From Acaryochloris thomasi RCC1774 (GTDB lineage: Bacteria > Cyanobacteriota > Cyanobacteriia > Thermosynechococcales > Thermosynechococcaceae): 32,000 bases of DNA. The translations under genes and the position numbers were made by a program. Every line of letters begins with the position of its first letter. Positions within the stretch are counted from its first letter, which is position 1. The notes beneath the pieces are model-generated. The model did not search any database. It was not told where the DNA came from and worked only from the letters and a program-made list of their open reading frames with translations. Below are positions 30,601 to 32,000 of the stretch, one piece after another. Location of the stretch: the NCBI RefSeq assembly GCF_003231495.1, contig NZ_PQWO01000009.1, forward strand, positions 120,001 to 152,000. Direction: 5' to 3'.

Positions 30601-32000
30601 TGTCCAGGCTGCAAGTTCAGATCCATATCCCAAAAAGCCCAGAGAATAAAATCTCGACTCAAGGTATTGAGCTGGGGCAATAGATCTCGATAGACATCTA
30701 GCTTTTCTATACGAGTCTGCTGACGCACTTGATTAGCAATTTGGGACACAGAATCAAAGGTTAGAGTCGTATCCTGTAGTTCCGGCAAAGAGCAAGGACG
30801 CCACTCCACTTGATAGAACCAGTCTGCAATCTGGGAGCAAGGGATACTCATCGGCTGCAGCCGAATGCCCTGAAGCGTCATTTTGACGGTGCCGTCAGCG
30901 TCTAGAACCCGCACGTCCCCTGTCAGTTCGTCGGCCTGAGAGGTGAGAACTGCATGGCTATAAAGTGGGCCGTCAAGCGCCTCTAGAATGGTGAGTTCAC
31001 CGAGACCAATGGGTAAATAACTAACGGTGTCGGCTTCGGGTAGCGTTGCCCAAAGAACCTGTAGACAGGCATCTAACAGCGCGGGATGAGTACTGTAGTC
31101 GTCGGCATTGAGATGAGCGGGGAGCTTGATCGTTGCGATCGCTTCTCCTTCTGTTCGCCAAAGCTGCTCAATCCCCTGAAAGCTTGAATCTAGCTCAACC
31201 CCACGCGCTTTTAAGGTTTGGTAGAACGCCTTGTTTGCGATCGCATCACAGCGTCCTTGAATAGCGGCAATCGTGTTCCTTTTTAGATCTTGAACATCCT
31301 GAGCCGGGTCTTCTGAATCTGCCGCCATCTCTGGTAAGTGAACCGGAATGCTAACAGAGGCTTCAGTCAGTTCTTTACAGGCCGCGCGCAGCCGATTGAG
31401 ATGGGGAAGGGTTTGCAGAATTAAATCTGGATGCGGCCCAAAATCAAGGAGGCAGGCGATTTCGTTAACGCCGATATGATGAAGCTGCTCCACGAGGCTC
31501 TGACAGCTCTCAGAAGTGCCCAGCAAGGCTCTGCCCTCGCTATAGAATTTCTCGAAAATCCGATCCGTCATCTGATCAAGATCGGTCTCAGAAAGAGAGC
31601 CCAGATCGACAGACTGTCCTCGGCTGTAGCTCAACCCCTGCAGCAGCGGCAGATTGGCTTTCAGATAGCTGCAGTAGGGATGCCGCACTTCTTCCCGCAC
31701 TGTAGTCAAGTCATGGCCCATGTAGGTGTGCAGCGTCACCGTTACCTTGCCAGGGCAATGACCATATTCCACACTCGTTTGACGATACAGCGCAATATTC
31801 TGCGCTAGCGTCGCTAAATCTTGATCAAAGAGATGCGTGAGTAAATTTGCACCTAACTCCCCTGCTTTAGCAAAAGTTTTTGGGTTGCTAGCCGCCGTCA
31901 CCCATAGCGGGAGCTGCTTCTGTACCGGTGTCGGATAGACTCTAATCTCACGGAACTGACCATCACCACCCTGCACCGAAATAGAGTCGCCTCGCCAGAG
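27603..32000 (-). CDS. Type I polyketide synthase, 5'-truncated at window edge: ...LLM monooxygenase domain-DH (C-terminal half)-C-MT-KR-ACP
   Basis: The ORF track starts this gene at GTG 31976. However, the frame stays open to 32000 (LWRGDSISVQGGDG...) and the LLM domain is N-terminally incomplete, so the gene continues upstream of the window. Motifs: LLM (LWVTAASNPKTFAKAGELGANLLTH...VNEIACLLDFG); DH half (FYQTLKARGVELDSSFQGI, HPALLDACLQ); C-MT (ILEIGAGTGGTT, DIILAANVLHAT); KR (YLITGGLGDLG, SPKAAGAWNLH, FVLFSS, GYSMANSYLD); ACP (LFESGMDSLMALE). Confidence 0.9.
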   Translation of the reverse strand, partial: LWRGDSISVQGGDGQFREIRVYPTPVQKQLPLWVTAASNPKTFAKAGELGANLLTHLFDQDLATLAQNIALYRQTSVEYGHCPGKVTVTLHTYMGHDLTTVREEVRHPYCSYLKANLPLLQGLSYSRGQSVDLGSLSETDLDQMTDRIFEKFYSEGRALLGTSESCQSLVEQLHHIGVNEIACLLDFGPHPDLILQTLPHLNRLRAACKELTEASVSIPVHLPEMAADSEDPAQDVQDLKRNTIAAIQGRCDAIANKAFYQTLKARGVELDSSFQGIEQLWRTEGEAIATIKLPAHLNADDYSTHPALLDACLQVLWATLPEADTVSYLPIGLGELTILEALDGPLYSHAVLTSQADELTGDVRVLDADGTVKMTLQGIRLQPMSIPCSQIADWFYQVEWRPCSLPELQDTTLTFDSVSQIANQVRQQTRIEKLDVYRDLLPQLNTLSRDFILWAFWDMDLNLQPGQPFPFAALRQQIQPQHHRLLHRLIEVLTEQDILIAQGANQWQIKKVPTLEAPAQRLQGLQTHYPACQAEISLLGRCGQGLASVLQGQDPLNLLFPDGSVADVEALYQDSPAAQVANQWVVDAIATAIQDLPTDRTIRILEIGAGTGGTTAYVLPQLPGYRTEYTFTDVSFLFTAKAEEKFADYPFIDYRLLDIEKAPSEQGFESQSFDIILAANVLHATADLQQTVEHIHQLLEPGGLLIALEGMEPQAWLDLIFGLTPGWWSFTDTDLRPSYPLISSAQWQQLLQANQFDAEIIAANRDGLSQQAVLVASSQRSQQPGTWLVFCDLAGIGKAFAELLQSRGEICQIIETDSADLTSFQSLFTSSTSDDYRGVVYLWGLNDLNQSPLETSWNTATPVALIQAMEAANVETPLWLVTQGSQSVAESQTNATQSMLWGLGQVLAVEQPQRYGGLIDLDPAASVSQAAADLLQSIQPHLRKKPTNSRHSPPRIGGPGGPTQSEVLPGQNLEIENTQSRTNDAYLDRDTSRQDFTGPPSPPILGGKQMDSRVSPSKPGRTMQHGKIAFRQNQSFSPHLTPYRAALAQNSAQIKATSYLITGGLGDLGLRVATWLSEQGAKHLILLGRTSLPPRHQWLSLPSKDTAFQKIQAIQAIEAQGTQVHLATADVADPEQLAQEIESVDVPPIQGVFHLAMEPPQLAPIEQVDLEQLDKILSPKAAGAWNLHQYFAEQSLDYFVLFSSWAGLLGSVGQQLSGYSMANSYLDSLAHHRRSLGLPALSIDWGDWSEIGLRSRSIKAGQRLLPESWTLTPEQGLQALGQLMHEQGQIAFLPVPWSEFFDLFPTAKSQPLLADVANQASASDSQPPPALLQDWEALPPAARLQALKNHVQAIVAQVMGISSPSAIDPDRGLFESGMDSLMALEVKNHLETSLGETIPAVAAFEHPTVNALATYLAKSTLGWEAPSVPATAPVAETTLDKISQLSDDDVDRLFDEKFARQDPSE
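28242..28835 (-). other. PKS ketoreductase catalytic subdomain
   Basis: Rossmann motif YLITGGLGDLGL, with the Lys (SPKAAGAW), Ser (LFSS) and Tyr (GYSMAN) positions present. A 2-residue insertion lies near the Tyr, so activity is uncertain. Confidence 0.75.
28929..29015 (+). repeat. G6/C6 palindromic MITE-like element (copy E1): diverged left arm, intact right arm, in frame in the KR inter-subdomain loop
   Basis: Sequence: ctgcattgtccttccaggtttggaaggagag + core + tttccccccagaattggggggctaggggggccagtgaa. The right arm plus flank (28978-29017) is 40/40 identical to 14792-14831. Host translation is FTGPPSPPILGGKQMDSRVSPSKPGRTMQ. Confidence 0.7.
29109..29198 (+). repeat. G6/C6 palindromic MITE-like element (copy E2): intact left arm, possible decayed right arm
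   Basis: ctgcgttggcccccccggccctccaattctggggggagag has one mismatch to the reverse complement of the arm at 19639-19679. Downstream, gttggttggttttttcctaagatggggctgaatactttgcag weakly resembles core plus right arm (compare copy D, gttggtttgctttccccccagaattgggg...). Host translation is ...RKKPTNSRHSPPRIGGPGGPTQSE. The right boundary is weak. Confidence 0.6.
29817..30299 (-). other. PKS C-methyltransferase domain
   Basis: SAM motif I ILEIGAGTGGTT, then FTDVS, DIILAANVLHATADL and LLEPGGLLIALE. Confidence 0.85.
30843..31244 (-). other. C-terminal half of a PKS dehydratase fold (second hot-dog), following the LLM domain
   Basis: The GxxYGPxFQ-like FYQTLKARGVELDSSFQGI and the HPALLDACLQ (DxxxQ) motif are present. 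No HxxxGxxxxP half occurs between the LLM domain and this segment. Confidence 0.6.
31377..32000 (-). other. Luciferase-like (FMN-dependent) monooxygenase domain embedded in the PKS, C-terminal part
   Basis: Residues 1-200 of the tracked ORF resemble the natural-product LLM domain family found inside PKS/NRPS proteins: PLWVTAASNPKTF..GANLLTHL, TVREEVRHPYCSYLK, GTSESCQSLVEQLHHIGVNEIACLLDFG. Recognised by recall of the family, not by a search. Confidence 0.75.

Larger units (their letters stand above)
685..31244. repeat. HIP1 (highly iterated palindrome GCGATCGC), 22 dispersed copies
   Basis: Exact octamers start at 685, 947, 3051, 4879, 5968, 7714, 7863, 9718, 12919, 13101, 14602, 15889, 16438, 17788, 18784, 23794, 24416, 26518, 28235, 30232, 31135 and 31237. 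About 0.5 would be expected by chance for an 8-mer in 32 kb. Many copies are extended to TTGCGATCGCAA. This is a known cyanobacterial genome signature. Confidence 0.9.

Noticed and set aside
283-31808. About 45 short ORFs (60-125 aa) in the supplied track, on the plus strand or in alternative minus frames, e.g. 283-531, 2528-2863, 20321-20647, 25188-25559 and 31431-31808
   Set aside because: All lie entirely inside, antisense to, or out of frame with long ORFs that have unmistakable PKS/NRPS motifs. Their translations are low-complexity with no recognisable motifs, as expected for shadow ORFs in moderately GC-rich coding DNA.

Overview
The entire window is coding. Seven co-directional minus-strand genes sit with overlapping or abutting stop/start codons: ATGA at 21485-21488 and 3224-3227, TAATG at 2170-2174, and a 3-nt gap at 12567-12569. 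Together they form part of a hybrid PKS/NRPS assembly line. Twenty-two copies of the HIP1 octamer GCGATCGC point to a cyanobacterial origin. In operon order (high to low coordinates) the genes are: (1) a 5'-truncated type I PKS with a luciferase-like monooxygenase domain, the C-terminal half of a DH, C-MT, KR and ACP; (2) a KS-(AT remnant)-ACP-Cy-A(Cys)-T hybrid; (3) a C-A(Phe)-T-C-A(Gly)-T-C NRPS ending in a fused TauD/TfdA dioxygenase domain; (4) a non-catalytic C-like domain-A(Asp)-T protein; (5) a C-A(Ser)-T-E-C NRPS; (6) a free-standing TauD/TfdA dioxygenase; (7) a second non-catalytic C-like domain-A(Asp) NRPS that runs off the left edge. Gene 7 is absent from the ORF track only because it has no in-window stop. 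The duplicated unit [C + TauD] followed by [PALCxD domain-A(Asp)] predicts two beta-hydroxyaspartates. With a Cys-derived thiazoline, this suggests a siderophore-like polyketide-peptide. The most unusual signal is a family of roughly 40-nt G6/C6-run inverted-repeat arms, MITE-like and 80-150 bp when complete. They are inserted at six or more places inside four of the megasynthase ORFs, in both orientations and several reading frames. Every copy preserves the ORF and lies in a loop or inter-domain linker. This resembles the Rickettsia palindromic elements, but I am not aware of it being described for cyanobacterial NRPS/PKS genes. Other oddities are a KS with the HGTGT His replaced by Gln next to an internally deleted AT, a fused/split pair of hydroxylases with a duplicated linker at the split, and a compensatory double substitution that preserves one element hairpin. 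No RNA genes, CRISPR arrays, promoters or terminators can be supported.
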